A stretch of 64,000 bases of DNA from Owenia fusiformis (Eukaryota): the NCBI GenBank assembly GCA_903813345.2, contig CAIIXF020000001.1:24862001-24926000 (forward strand). The letters are read 5' to 3'. This document shows, in pieces, positions 12,880 through 25,168 of this stretch. Positions within the stretch are counted from its first letter, which is position 1; every line of letters begins with the position of its first letter. Below the pieces are notes generated by a model. That model searched no databases. It was not told the origin of the DNA and was given only the letters and a program-made list of their open reading frames with translations. A program made the translations under genes and the position numbers.

Positions 12880-13950
12880 TTAAAAGGACTTGGTTCACGT
12901 GTTTCTAGAAAATCGTTTTAAATTAATACAAGTGTTTAGAAAAGTATTTAAATAACTCCTATAAATGATATTCTTTTATGGGGAATACTAGGTCGATTAA
13001 TAAGTTTAAGAAAATCGCTCTCAAACTAAGAGTACTAGTTTTGTGCCTTTTCATTCAAAATTTCACAGGAGGTGCAAATAAACTCTTACTGAAATGAGAA
13101 TGCCAAATTTCACCGACTCTTCTCAATTTCGCTGGAAAATATGGTTACTAGGGTTACTCGTGTATTCGGTAGGTGGGGCAAATTATTGAAATATTTGGGC
13201 AAAGTGATTATACAGCGTTCGTGTTAATAAAAGCATCACCAGATATGCCAATATAACCAAAGGTGTTACTTTGGTCAAAAAGCAAGTCAATTCAATTTAC
13301 TTTTAAGTTACTTTTAGTTACATAGAGTAGTTTTCTGCTCATCAATACAGCTTTGCCTTAAAATCATTATTGATGAAACAAGCAATACTGACATTTGCTT
13401 AATTTTTTGGCTTTTTTTCTTTTTAGACTGAGTTGAACTAACTTTATTTTAAATTCTAGGTTCATGCTAGTTGCGTCCTTTTGAAATGCAATTTTTCAAC
13501 ATATGGGAGATAAACTATAGATCATCAAACATACCAGCTGTGTACATTTGTGAAACACGGCAGTGTGCATCCCAACTTTGACAGCTTCAAAGGCTTCCCG
13601 TGTGTGGCTCGAGTCCCATCAAAAATGAATAATTTACATGGAAAAGTGTTTTTCAAAAATTGGATGAACTTTAGTATTGACTACTTTTAACATTACTGTG
13701 TCACAATATTATTTTTACTTCTAAAATCGAATGCTTCTTTTGACGGTAAAATAATTTAAAGGTCCACAAAATTGGCTTTTATGATATTGCCCCGCCTATC
13801 AAAAACACGAGTTACTAAAGTATTAGTAACCATATTTTTCTCTAAGTTGGTGAAACTGATATCTGTTTTCATTTCACATACCCTGTGAAAATTTTAAGTA
13901 GAAAGTCATTAAACCCTTAATTTTTCTTAGAACATACTGATCGTCCTGTT
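12880..13950. mobile_element. Old foldback non-autonomous DNA transposon (possibly Kolobok-like)
   Basis: Diverged inverted arms, e.g. ATGGTTACTA..TACTCGTGT...GTGGGGCAA (~13140-13180) versus TTGCCCCGC...ACACGAGT..TAGTAACCAT (~13787-13835). The left end is TTAA-AAGGAC. Confidence 0.5.
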
Positions 13951-13995
13951 CACCTTAGTTTCTACTCTTCTTTTATCAATGATATAATCAACGCA

Positions 13996-15625
13996 AAAGG
14001 TTCAGGTAGGTTATCGCAGACAATTTCAGATGGCTATATATATGAGTATGACTTTTTTGGCTCACACAGTGAGCCTATGGGATCGACCAGGCGTCCGTTG
14101 GTCCGTCCGTCCGTTGGTCCGTCCGCGTCCGTCAACATTGGCCGCAAAAATTAAAACTGCTATTCGGATTGAGTCATATCCACATTCATTTTATGCATAT
14201 CCATAATGCCCATTTGACCTATCATCGCCATTTCCCAAGTTCGCCTGGTTTCTGAGAAATTGCGGATTTCGACATCAAAAAGTCAAATTTTCTGTAAATA
14301 CTAGACACTTTGTTGAAGTAGAACTTTCAAATAACTTTTAGTAGTTGCTGGATATGCAACTTATGTCCTCTGGAGATTTTAAAGCTCTTGGAATTATAGT
14401 TTTTGGTGTTTACTCCATAAAATTGACAAAAAGTAGGACTTTGTCATTTTCAGGAAACTTTCTCATGTATAAAGTCAATGGCAGGTTTTGTGATTGACAA
14501 GTTTCTCAAAGTTTGCCTTATACTTGATAATTTCTTGCAATGAATTACATCATTACTAGATTTAAGCATTCCCTACATATTGCTCGATATATGTCAGCAT
14601 CGAACTTTAAAAAAAACAGTAAAAATAAGTTATTTTTCAACTTGCTCCAATTTGACCAATTTTTTGAAAATCATCTACAAGTTGCCAGGAGTTCAAATCT
14701 GACATTAGTTTTAGGATTTGACCTTTACTTGACCTTCAGTGACCTTCGAGAGGTCGAAAAAGTTGATTTTTTCCAAATTGATTTTTGGATGTAAATTTTG
14801 GTCAGCTTAATCACAAAAGACCTTACTGAGCTCTGATTTAGTAAAATTTTCAAGGTCAAAGGTCATCAAACTAGGTCACACAACTGTGTTATCTAAGTTT
14901 TTCAAAGTTCGAGACTACAAATCCAAATCAATATTTTTGTTTGAAAGTCAGGATATACATTCCTCTGAAGGTTCCAAACTGTGTGAGCACAAAACTGTGG
15001 GTCCTTCATTCTGATCATGAAGACTTTTATCTTTTAGATCCATTGATTATCCCAAAGGAAACAATTTACAGTTATAATAAGGTCAATCGATCGCGGAAAT
15101 ATTTAGCTATCAACCCATCTGCATACTTTTTAAAAGATGTTGACCTCATTTTCACCAAAAATGCAATCATTTTTTACAATGTTTGCATTACTATTCTTTG
15201 TTTTGAGGTATCAAACAGTCTTAAAAGAAAAACTGAATTCCTTTAAGATAAGTGTTTCCAATGTTATTTCCCCATAGAAAAAACTCATGCTATCCATTGG
15301 TTTCAGCTCATTTTGGTCATCCAAATTCAGTACCTCTAAGGTCCCTAGAGGAATCCAATTTTCCTCTTATGAAATAGAACATGTCTCAAAGCACATTCTA
15401 ATTATGCATTTAACATCATAACAAAAGGTTGCATTTTGGTGCAACATTTCTGAAAAAGTATGTTGATTGGTCCATTGCTTTAATATCACTTCTAAAGGCC
15501 TGATAAACTTATTATCATTATATATATTTTTCTCGAAGATAATGAATGGGCCTAAAAGATACACCCATGTTCATAAGCAAGTAAGACTCTTCGGAAACTG
15601 TTTGTGATAACCTACGAGCTCCTTT
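13996..15625. mobile_element. Foldback DNA element interrupted by a Helentron-type insertion
   Basis: GTAGGTTATCGCAGACAATTTC (~14006) is the inverse of GAAACTGTTTGTGATAACCTAC (~15595). Arms ~15028-15215 and ~15380-15560 are inverted copies; spurious ORFs 14941+ and 15367- share YLLxPxIIxKxxIY. Confidence 0.6.
14053..15010 (+). mobile_element. Helentron-associated non-autonomous element (HINE/DINE-1/Pearl-like)
   Basis: T-run, hairpin GGCTCAC-ACA-GTGAGCC (14059-14075), (GTCC)n microsatellite (~14093-14133), and the matching subterminal inverted repeat CTGTGTGAGC at 14979-14988. The 3' end is approximate. Confidence 0.7.
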
Positions 15626-16822
15626 GGATTATGAAATGAAGAGTAGGAACTAGCTTTTTGGAAAACAACACAGTTTGGTCCGAATATACATGTATGTCCC
15701 TCCTTCAAATCCAAAATTTAAACAGATTTGTACAAGTGTACAGTATGTGTCATGTGAATCATATTTCTTTTGTTTGTATGTTTGCTTGTTTTTTGTTAGT
15801 TTGTTTATGTGTTATATGATATATTTTTTGTATTACAATGAAACGAAATGTTGAATCCAATGGTTTCCGATTTTAATTCTAATTTTACTTGCACTTAAAT
15901 TTTACAAGTACTTTTCATATTGATTGAATTTCCTCGAATTATTGGCTAGTGCAAACGTTTAAAGAGGCTGGGATATAAGTATTTGATTAAAATTTTGAAG
16001 GTTAAAGGTTAAATTCGAGGTATTTTTCTTTCTTTTGCAATAACCATGCGATTGACTTCAATATATTTTTTTTAATTGTATATACTGCCACTTCAAATTG
16101 TTGTATAAGTTCTTTTTAAGGGTCGTGATTTATTTAATATAATTTGATAATAAAAATAGATCACTGCAAATGTTCTTGAAAATGGCAGAAAGAGAAACAC
16201 AAATATATGTTTAGTGTGTCTACTTGCGAATTATCAGATTGAATGAAACTTAGTAGATCATGCATGAGGCAAAAGTGCCGTAGTAATGAAATTTACATTG
16301 GAATTCAGTAATATTAAAATAATACCGACTTATTAAAAATTTATGATTTAAAAATGAGTTTCTAGTTTGAACACCCAGATTGATTTAGAATGTCATTTAA
16401 CGTTACTTAAGTATAGCAAGGCATGTCGTATAGAAAAAAACATTTTATCAATATGATGCCAATTTTTAACAAAGTTTTCTTTCATAGTCAATATTACAAA
16501 AATCAGCTACAATGATAAGAATTGCAAAGGTTACAATAATGCTGTTTTAAACTTCCTGCTTCGAATCGTTTAAAACATGTGCTAGCTTCAGTAGCTTTAA
16601 TAATGGAGATGTAAGGCCAAACTTTCATGATATGAAAACATATTTGCAATTGTTTGAAAACTTATTGAAAAACGCATTTGAAGTCACTTCCTTAACTAGA
16701 TTCTGAGAATTCGCTTGACATTACGAATATTTTTCGACCAATTAGCGAATTCGAACATGATGAAGTTGATATCGATCAGCAGAGGACCAATGACGTGGCC
16801 CAACTTTACAGCCTATGATATG

Positions 16823-16940
16823 AAGGATCCGTAGCACACTAACGCAGCAACATTTGAACCAAAAGTTTATTAATATGGTACATATGTATGTGTGTAAATA
16901 TTAGATCAAATGTCGCTGCGTTTGTGTGCTTCCACTCCTT
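16823..16940. repeat. Small inverted-repeat element (MITE-like)
   Basis: AGCACACTAACGCAGCAACATTTGA versus TCAAATGTCGCTGCGTTTGTGTGCT. Confidence 0.55.
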
Positions 16941-18502
16941 TACTAGACGTCCCAGAAATGTCATACCATAGACTAGTATCTAAAGGTTATGTTATCATGG
17001 GTGCTACCTGGTTTTTATGGTGCGGGAAGAGCTGTGAATACAACAATTATGTACCTAATAGTTCTTTATACCAATCTGAATAACCAACTGCATGTTCTAT
17101 ATTTTATTGAAAAGAATATTTTTTCTATTTAATGCAACAATAAATAAATCGTAACATTTCTATGTGAACACTTTCTTAAAGAAACTCGTTCCGTAGATCA
17201 AGACCAACTACACAATCATGACGAAAGGAAATTAAATGGATATTATAAAATGGAAGTTACTTGACACGTTGTAGAATGGAATACTATCAATTTTTATAGA
17301 TGAAGAGGTATCCGTAAATACCATGCCGATTACGAAAATAAAAGTATCACTTTTTATAGTGATATTATTATTAAGTACAAGTATGTATAATTTTCTTCTA
17401 AGTAATTTGAGAAAAACATGATTTAAGGACATTTTACGATGATTGGTGATGACAAAATAAAACTGGAATTCAAATAACAAATATGACAATAAATTTATTT
17501 TTGAATGGTACAGGAAAACATTTTATGATTTCGTTTAAAGTGGCATCTTTGTCCCAATGTTGTCTTCTTGTCGATATGGGAAGATCCAAGGAAATCAAAA
17601 ATATCTCAATTATTTTGAACGTTACCTAAATAAAAATGAATCATGATCAACTAATATTACGACTGTTTTAATTCAAAAATAAACATGTTTTCTAAGAATT
17701 GTGTATTACTTTGATTTTAAATGTATGCAACTCAACACAATTGTTTGAAAATATTTGCTGCAATTAATATACTTTGAATGACCCTATGTTCATAACAATT
17801 GCTAAACAAATATGTAAGATCATGCCTAACCATTTTCAACGCACTATGTCAAAATATACCGCCGTACGGTTTCTCTGAACGTTGGCGCTTCCGCCATTGT
17901 AAGTTTCGACGGAGAGAGCGAGGTAAATAAATAAATATTATTAATTCGTATTAATATTGAGTCATTTTAACACCAAGTAGTCATCGCATTATTTATGTCC
18001 TTGCTTTGTAAATATTCGTACATATCTACATGGAATAATCTACATCAACATTATTAGCTTGTTATACCTCAACCCATTCGTCATCTAGCTTTAGTTTTTG
18101 ACTCGATTTCGCAAAATCCACTCCAATGTTTGTTTTACTGTGTAACAAAAATAGCTACGAATATCTCACCTAAATATATTTGATTTTATGTAGTTCTTGC
18201 ATTGCGTCATAGATCTAGATCAACACCGTGTTATGTTCGCAAAAACATAATTTTTATTTAACTGCAGAAATAACAGTAAAATTACAAATAACATACCTTT
18301 ATACAAAGGCCGATCCAGAAGTTCTGATAAAAATGCTGTATCTCTTTCTAAAGTAAAGGTAATCATCTGAAATTTTTCATATAATTTATATACATGTATA
18401 GCCGAAAATCTTCGGAATAGTGAATTGATAGAACTCTCTATAATCACACTTTTCCTACCCCATGGTAGGGGCACTTGGGCTCATATTGACGTCATAAATC
18501 AT

Positions 18503-20292
18503 ATTGAAAATCTGTATCAAAATTATTTGAGAAAATGATAACTGACCGAATTAAAAAACACTTAATTTCAAATGATCTTTTGTTCAAGTATCAGTCTGTT
18601 TTTTTACCAGGCCATAGCACCCATTCTCAACTAATGGCAATTGAAAATTTCTTACTTACAAATTTTGACCGAGGCAAGGCCTCTAAAACAATTTTTCTTG
18701 ATATTGCGGCTGCTTTTGACCGTGTTCCGCATAACTTACTTCTTCACAAACTAAGAGCCTATATGGTATTCATGGCCAACTTCTAAACTTATTGAATTCA
18801 TATCTGACAAATAGACGATTTCTGTAAACATTTCTGGTGAGTCATCAGTTACAACTGAAGCAGGCTTCCTAAACTGTGGTGTGCCACAGGGATCAATTTT
18901 AGGTCCACTTCTGTTTATTTTATATATCAACGATCTCCCAGATAATGTAAATTCCAAATGCTACATCTATGCAGATGACACATCTCTTCACTTTATTTTT
19001 GAGCCCAAAAAGCCCCAAGAAATTGATGAATTAGTAAAATCTGATTTATCTGAGATACAAAATTGGTCCAGACTGTGGAAGCTACAATTTAAACCAGAAA
19101 AGAGCTATGAAGTTATTTTCTTTGGAATTAGAACTAATCCTCAAAATGTAAGCAAATCCTAAGTTACTCTGAAATTGAAAGAACAAATGTACATAAACAC
19201 CTTGGATATACTTTTGATCATAATCTAATAAAGGAAATATACAATAAAGTTAGAAAAATGATAAATCCTTTGAAAAATCTTAAAACTAAGTTAAAGTCTA
19301 GAGATCTGGAAAAGTTTTTTAACTCCTTTATAAGACCTCATTTCGACTATGGAACTGCTCTATTTAACAATACGTCAAAAAATCTTCTAAATAGACTTGA
19401 TAAAATCTACTATCAGGCTGCTCTTGTGTGCTCTGGTTGTCTTCATGGCAGTAATACTGATAAGGTCTCAAATCTTCTTCAATGGCCTTCTTTAGAAACA
19501 AGAAGAAGAATGCAAATCAAAATCATGTTCAAGGTAGTTAATGGCCCAAATCCACCCTTTCTAGATGAAATCTTCGAGAAGTTCAAAAATCCGGGAACAC
19601 GAAATTTTCGGGATAGATTTGACTTTATTTTACCCACTAGGTGCTCAGAGGAGTTCTTAAATTCATCAATACCATCTGCAATATCAAACTGGTCACAACT
19701 ACCTAAAATATAATAATTCATTTACATACGTAATATGAAAACTTTTCAATCCTTTAAAAAACACCAAAAGATCTTGTTTAAAAATCAAGAAAGTTTTAGT
19801 AGCACTTCCAAATACTCAATCTGAAAAGATCTCATGAAATTCTAATTAACAGATTTAGAGCCGATCTTCTGAAGCCGAACTTTATGCACATAATTTCATA
19901 TATATTGATAATCCAAATTGTAATTGTGGAGCTTCTCAGACAGAAAAACACCTTTTCTTTCAATGTCCTCTCATCAAAGAAAGTATAACCAAATTAAACA
20001 CTGATCTTATGGATACAACTGGTTCTTCAGACGAACATTCAACTCAGATTGATCTGCTTTACTTAATGAAACATGGTTCTGAAAAAAATTTCCTTGATTT
20101 AAATTCAAAACTCCAAATCCTAATTGCTGAATTCATTGAAACAAACCTATGAGCTCTTTCCCCTCCTTAACAGCGCTTTAAATAATTTTGTCCACATAAA
20201 TATGTCCACCCCATGGTCAACCTCAAGTGTGGTATTAACCCCTTCTATAATGCCATTGGGCGATTGAAAATCTGAAAAACTGAAAAACTAAA
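18503..20292 (+). mobile_element. 5'-truncated, frameshifted LINE (CR1/L2/Crack-like ORF2 reverse transcriptase remnant)
   Basis: Fragments [52 protein letters not shown] and FIRPHFDYG, plus a C-terminal CNCG..QTEKHLFFQCP (~19915-19970). It has several stops and frameshifts, and a 3' tail of (TGAAAAAC)-like repeats. Confidence 0.9.
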
Positions 20293-21683
20293 TCCAACTG
20301 TGCATTCCTATTTGAGATAAAACTCAACGAAGATACTCAAATTGACGTCCTTCTGCACATTAATACACTCTGGTATCTATCCACTCACTGTTTGTACACA
20401 TCTTTGCAGTTCTAGTGAGGTTTTGACAGCATTCTTGACATATGAGACAACCGGATCCCTCTCTAATATTTTCTAACAATTGTAAAATTAATTGCTGCAT
20501 ATCTTGCCATAACTTCATTTTCAAAAAGGTTATATCAAAATAAAAATATGGACGTTTTTTGGCCCACCTTGTATGTTCCAATATTTTTGTCCTAAGCATT
20601 TGAACGTTGTATAATCAATAGAAAGGTTAAGATACACGTTTTTAAAAATAACTTGTGTATGAACGAGTAGAATTGTGGTTTTCTGTGGATTAGTTCTCCC
20701 ATTTGTACTATTTACTTGGACGATTTGAGATCGAAATATTACACGCTCGCGTACAAGTTCTCCTAGAACGTGTTACTAACTAGTATTAGGCGTTAGCGTA
20801 ATAACCCCGATGAACTGTATTGTAAACTGTATTGTTCAGATTCAATGTCAAAAGTGATTTTAAATAAACGTTTTGCATTCATCTTGAGTTATTTTAGAAG
20901 GGGATTTGAAGTCTTATTTCTCTTGGATAATGCATGTCACACATTGTGTGCAATTCGTCAATGGTATAATTCAATTTAATTTTACCAATAAGTTATAATG
21001 ACTTTGCCTTAACAAATGAAATAAACTAGTAATAAACAGCATGCTTCTTTACAGTGACGACTGTTAGCTCCTCCTCGCGCAATACATAACCACAATCGCA
21101 TTCGAATGTCACAATGTTCCAAAAGCATGTATGCTCAAAACATTCAACCCAAATGAAACTGAACTTAAATCCCGAATCTCGGAAAGTGCTGTCGAAGATG
21201 ACAGGACAGAATTGAGAGAACATTACATCCAGTTATACAAAATTAGTATGCCATGAAATATTTATGAGGAAAATGATGTAAAAGTGTGAACATTTAGATT
21301 CATTTTGACATTGCCACAGGCTGGTATCGAAAGATGTGTCCGCTGTGACGGAGCATGCAATTTTTCATTAAAACACTAAGAATACTTCACGATTTATTTT
21401 TTAACTCATATGTTTCGTTATATCAAAGAAAATTACTATTACTCCATGCAATGGGTATATATCATTTGCGGGTAACCTTCACTTCTGTTTGAAGTCCCAT
21501 AACGCTAGGAGTAAAAGCTATTGAAAACGGCGCCAGAGTATCAAACTCTAAAATGTACCATTTATTTTTTAATTTATTTTAATGGCATGATATAGTGACA
21601 CGATAATATTAACATGCGTTTTCAGCATAACTCTGAACGTATTAATGAGATATTGATGTATTGGATCTTTTTAATTCTTTTAC

Positions 21684-21787
21684 AAAAATAATGTTTATAT
21701 TTTTTGTCCGCTGTGACAGAGCAATCTAACAGTTCACATTTGCAGCTGCTCCGTCACAGCGGACAAAGAATATAAACATTATTTTTT
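21684..21787. repeat. ~40-bp-stem inverted repeat
   Basis: AAAAATAATGTTTATATTTTTTGTCCGCTGTGACAGAGCA versus TGCTCCGTCACAGCGGACAAAGAATATAAACATTATTTTT. A third copy of TGTCCGCTGTGACGGAGCA lies at ~21337. Confidence 0.7.
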
Positions 21788-23213
21788 CAAACTTGGTCAG
21801 GAGCAACATGTATATGATAGCTTGGTATTGTATTAATATCATTGAAAAAATATAATATTAACTATGTCATTTGGTTACCATAGTAACAGGACAATGAGGT
21901 AGGCGGAGCTGAATAAAATCACTGTTTATTACAATTTCTTGTCAAACAATGTGGTATTATTACAGAGTTTTAACGAGGGGTTTTAACATTAATGAAGGCT
22001 TTTATTTGATGCAATATCAATGTTTATTCTCCCTCAAAATAGTCCCCACCATGGGCCGTGCATTTATTGCATCGTTTTATCCAATCATTGAACACATGCC
22101 GAAGTCCATTCTTAGCGACTGAATACACACTGTTGGTAAAAGCTTCAATCAGCGACTCTTCATCTGCAAAACGAATCCCACGGAGGGGCTTCTTAGCTTC
22201 GGGAAACATGTGGAAGTCACAGGGAGCTGTATCTTTGGCCTATCCAATCCAACTCCACAGTACTGGCTACTCTGTAGCTTGTTCTCTGGGTCGTACTGAT
22301 AGCCCAATGTTTCATCACATGTTATTATTGACTTTAGGAACTCATCGCCCTCCTCTTGGTGTTTCACAATAAAATCCATGCAGGTTTCCACTTTAGCTCT
22401 TTTTGTTCAGGTGTACGAATCTTTGGGATCCATTTTGCACACTTTCGTCTATATTGTACGTCACCATGGACAAATCTTTGTATTGTTCCATAGCTTTCAC
22501 ATAACTGAGCAGATATTTCACGAAGTGTTATTCGCCGATCTTGTCAAATGAGGTCTTTGACTGCCTGGATCAGGTCCTCATTGCGCACTGTTGGCCTGCC
22601 ACTTCTCAGATCATGCCCAAGAATCTCTTTACCAGATGAAAACTTACCATACCACTGATATACGTGCTTCTGTGTGGTGCATTTTCACCATATGCTAGTT
22701 GTATTTCTTTTAATGTCTGTTTCCCACTTTTGCCAAGAAGCAAAAAAAAATATTTTCAAGTTTAGCTCCATCTTTCACAGACTTTGGCTCCAATTCGCTG
22801 ATTCAATGGCTGAAAATGATCACATGACCAATTTGCTGATTTTCATATTTCTGTGACATCAGATGAATGTTTACTGTGACATCACACTGAAAGTCTATGG
22901 AAATGATGCAGGAGAAACATGTTGTTGGCAACAGGTACATTGATGAATGAAATAGCATTGGTAATCTTCTTGGTTTAGGTTAACCTAAATATGTATACAT
23001 TTCATAATTCTGAATCAAATTCGAGCTCCACCTACCTCATTGTCGTGTTGCTATGGTAACCAAATGGTTATGTTAAAGTTGTAATTTTTCAACCATATTT
23101 ATGGAACATTAAACCATCATATATATGTTGCTCCTGACCAAGTTTGAACAAAATTCACCAAGAAATATTTTTTTAAGAACAAACGGTGGAGAACTTTTGG
23201 ATCAACCCTCGTA
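21786..23213 (-). mobile_element. Decayed mariner transposon (pseudo-transposase ~22024-22790)
   Basis: Minus-strand fragments HDLRSGRP, CAKWIPK, FLKSIITCDET..YQYDPE and APCDFHMFP...LRGIRF...CTAHGGDYFE. One terminus reads TA-CGAGGGTTGATCCAAAAGTTC. Inverted arms of ~130 bp at 21786-21915 and 23020-23150. It is frameshifted and internally deleted. Confidence 0.85.
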
Positions 23214-23266
23214 AAAGGCTAAATATTGTGCAAAAACAGGAGTTGACACGCTTACATTTGGAATTG

Positions 23267-24109
23267 AAAGGATAGGTATCGATATGGAGAACTGGATTCA
23301 ACAATGTTTTTCTCTTAAACAAATCATTGAAAACATTCTGTAAAAAACATGGTATTTTAAGTAAAGTTGACTGATTGACAACAACTTAATGCGAAAATTA
23401 TTTTGAAATATTTTATATAACTGTTTATTTTATAACATTTTTTGTTTTTTTTAGAGCAATTGTTTTTGAACCTTGTTGGAACAAAATAGCATATATAACA
23501 TGTTTTAGACCTCTCAATATTAAAGTTATACAAAGGAATTTTTGGTTGATTTTAAAAAAGTATTCAAAAAATTAAAACAAAATCCCCCCAAAATAGATAA
23601 AAATCAAGAAAAAACTTTTATTTCAATAACAAGATACTTTTTTAAAATCAACAAAAATTTCCTTTGTACAATTACAATATTGAGAGACCTAAACATGTTG
23701 TGTTTATGTCGTTTTGTTCCAATGAGGTTCGGAAAGATGTTCCATTTGACTCTGAAAACATGATACCAAGAACAAAACAAGTGTTTGATGTGTTTTTTAA
23801 AACAATATAGATGAAAATATGTATATCTATTTCAAATTATATTGTTACCATTCAAAAGATCGCCATTAAATTGACAATTTGTAAGATTTTCAGAATTTTT
23901 TGATGACTGGTTAAGAGAAACGTGTGTTCAAAAAGTTCGCCATATCGAACAATATAAATGAAAATATGTATATCTATTTCAAATTATATTGTTACCATTC
24001 AAAAGATCGCCATTAAATTGACAATTTGTAAGATTTTCAGAATTTTTTGATGACTGGTTTAAGAGAAACGTGTGTTCAAAAAGTTTGCCATATCGATACC
24101 CATTCTTTC
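23267..24109. mobile_element. Foldback non-autonomous DNA element with a tandem duplication in the right arm
   Basis: GGTATCGATATGG (left) versus CCATATCGATACC (right), with inner inverted arms ~23468-23522 and ~23673-23730. Confidence 0.6.
23801..24096. repeat. Near-perfect tandem duplication, 2 x ~147 bp
   Basis: AACAATATA.ATGAAAATATGTATATC...GCCATATCGA starts at 23801 and again at 23948. Confidence 0.9.
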
Positions 24110-25168
24110 CTACATGATTGTCGATTCGTGTTTAAAAGTCATCAAAACAAGGTTGAAGATAAAACATTGACCCATACTGTCTATTTAGCATGGGATCACT
24201 AAGGGAAATAATATTAATGACTTAAATCGTTAACGGTTAAGTTGTATTCCAAGAAACTTATCAATTTAGAAATGCAAAATGTTCAATATTGTTTTTCAAT
24301 TATTAAAAATGGCACCTGTATAGAGAACAACGTTTACAAAATTATTTAAAACGGAGATATTTACTTATGTAACATTCGTTTGCATGTGTCAGGGAGTAAA
24401 TACGAAGAATATCCTTTTGATTCTATATCTTGTTCCCAAAGGAATTTGTTAAGGAGCGGTATATCTTAACGTACTTTTATCATCCCGAACTCAAACATTT
24501 CGAATACTTATTTCGAGAACGCTTTGTTAAGAATATATTCGAGATGTACTCAAAATTAGTACGTTAAAATGTGTATTGTCATCTTAACCTCTTGAATACC
24601 AGCCTCTAAAAGGGTTTGAAACCAGAGCATTTTTCATTTTCTGCTATTTTTCTGGATATTTACATCTAAAAACACAATGTTCGATATTTGATTTCATAAG
24701 AATAGTAAACATAGACCCATTACATACATTCTAAAACCTAATTTGTGAAGATTGGATAAAAAATGCCAAAGTAAGAGCAGTTTTAGTGAAAAATTCTGTG
24801 ACATATATATCTGTCGCTCTGGGTTCCAAATGGATTTCATTTATGACAGATATATCCGTCATTCTGGGTATTCAAGAGGTTAATAACCACCTCAAAAATT
24901 ATTTTGGAAATCAAAGATGTACGATTTTTGAGATTTTATTTTCGAATGTTGACTCAGTTACCCGACTTGACTGTTATACTCCCACTCACCCCAGAAAACA
25001 CCACTTTAAATTTTAAGAATTTTTTACTTCCTCACAGCCATATTTTTAGATAAAACAAGGAGAATGGGCTCTCAGGATCGAAACTTGATATATTTCAACA
25101 ATGAAAACGTCAAAATGTCATCATTTTTTTCAAAAGATTCGAACTAATATCTCGATCATTTCTTACAG

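Noticed and set aside
21042-21090. Possible phase-1 exon after CTTCTTTACAG encoding TTVSSSSRNT-stop
   Set aside because: Only a generic acceptor and a few codons, with no supporting context.
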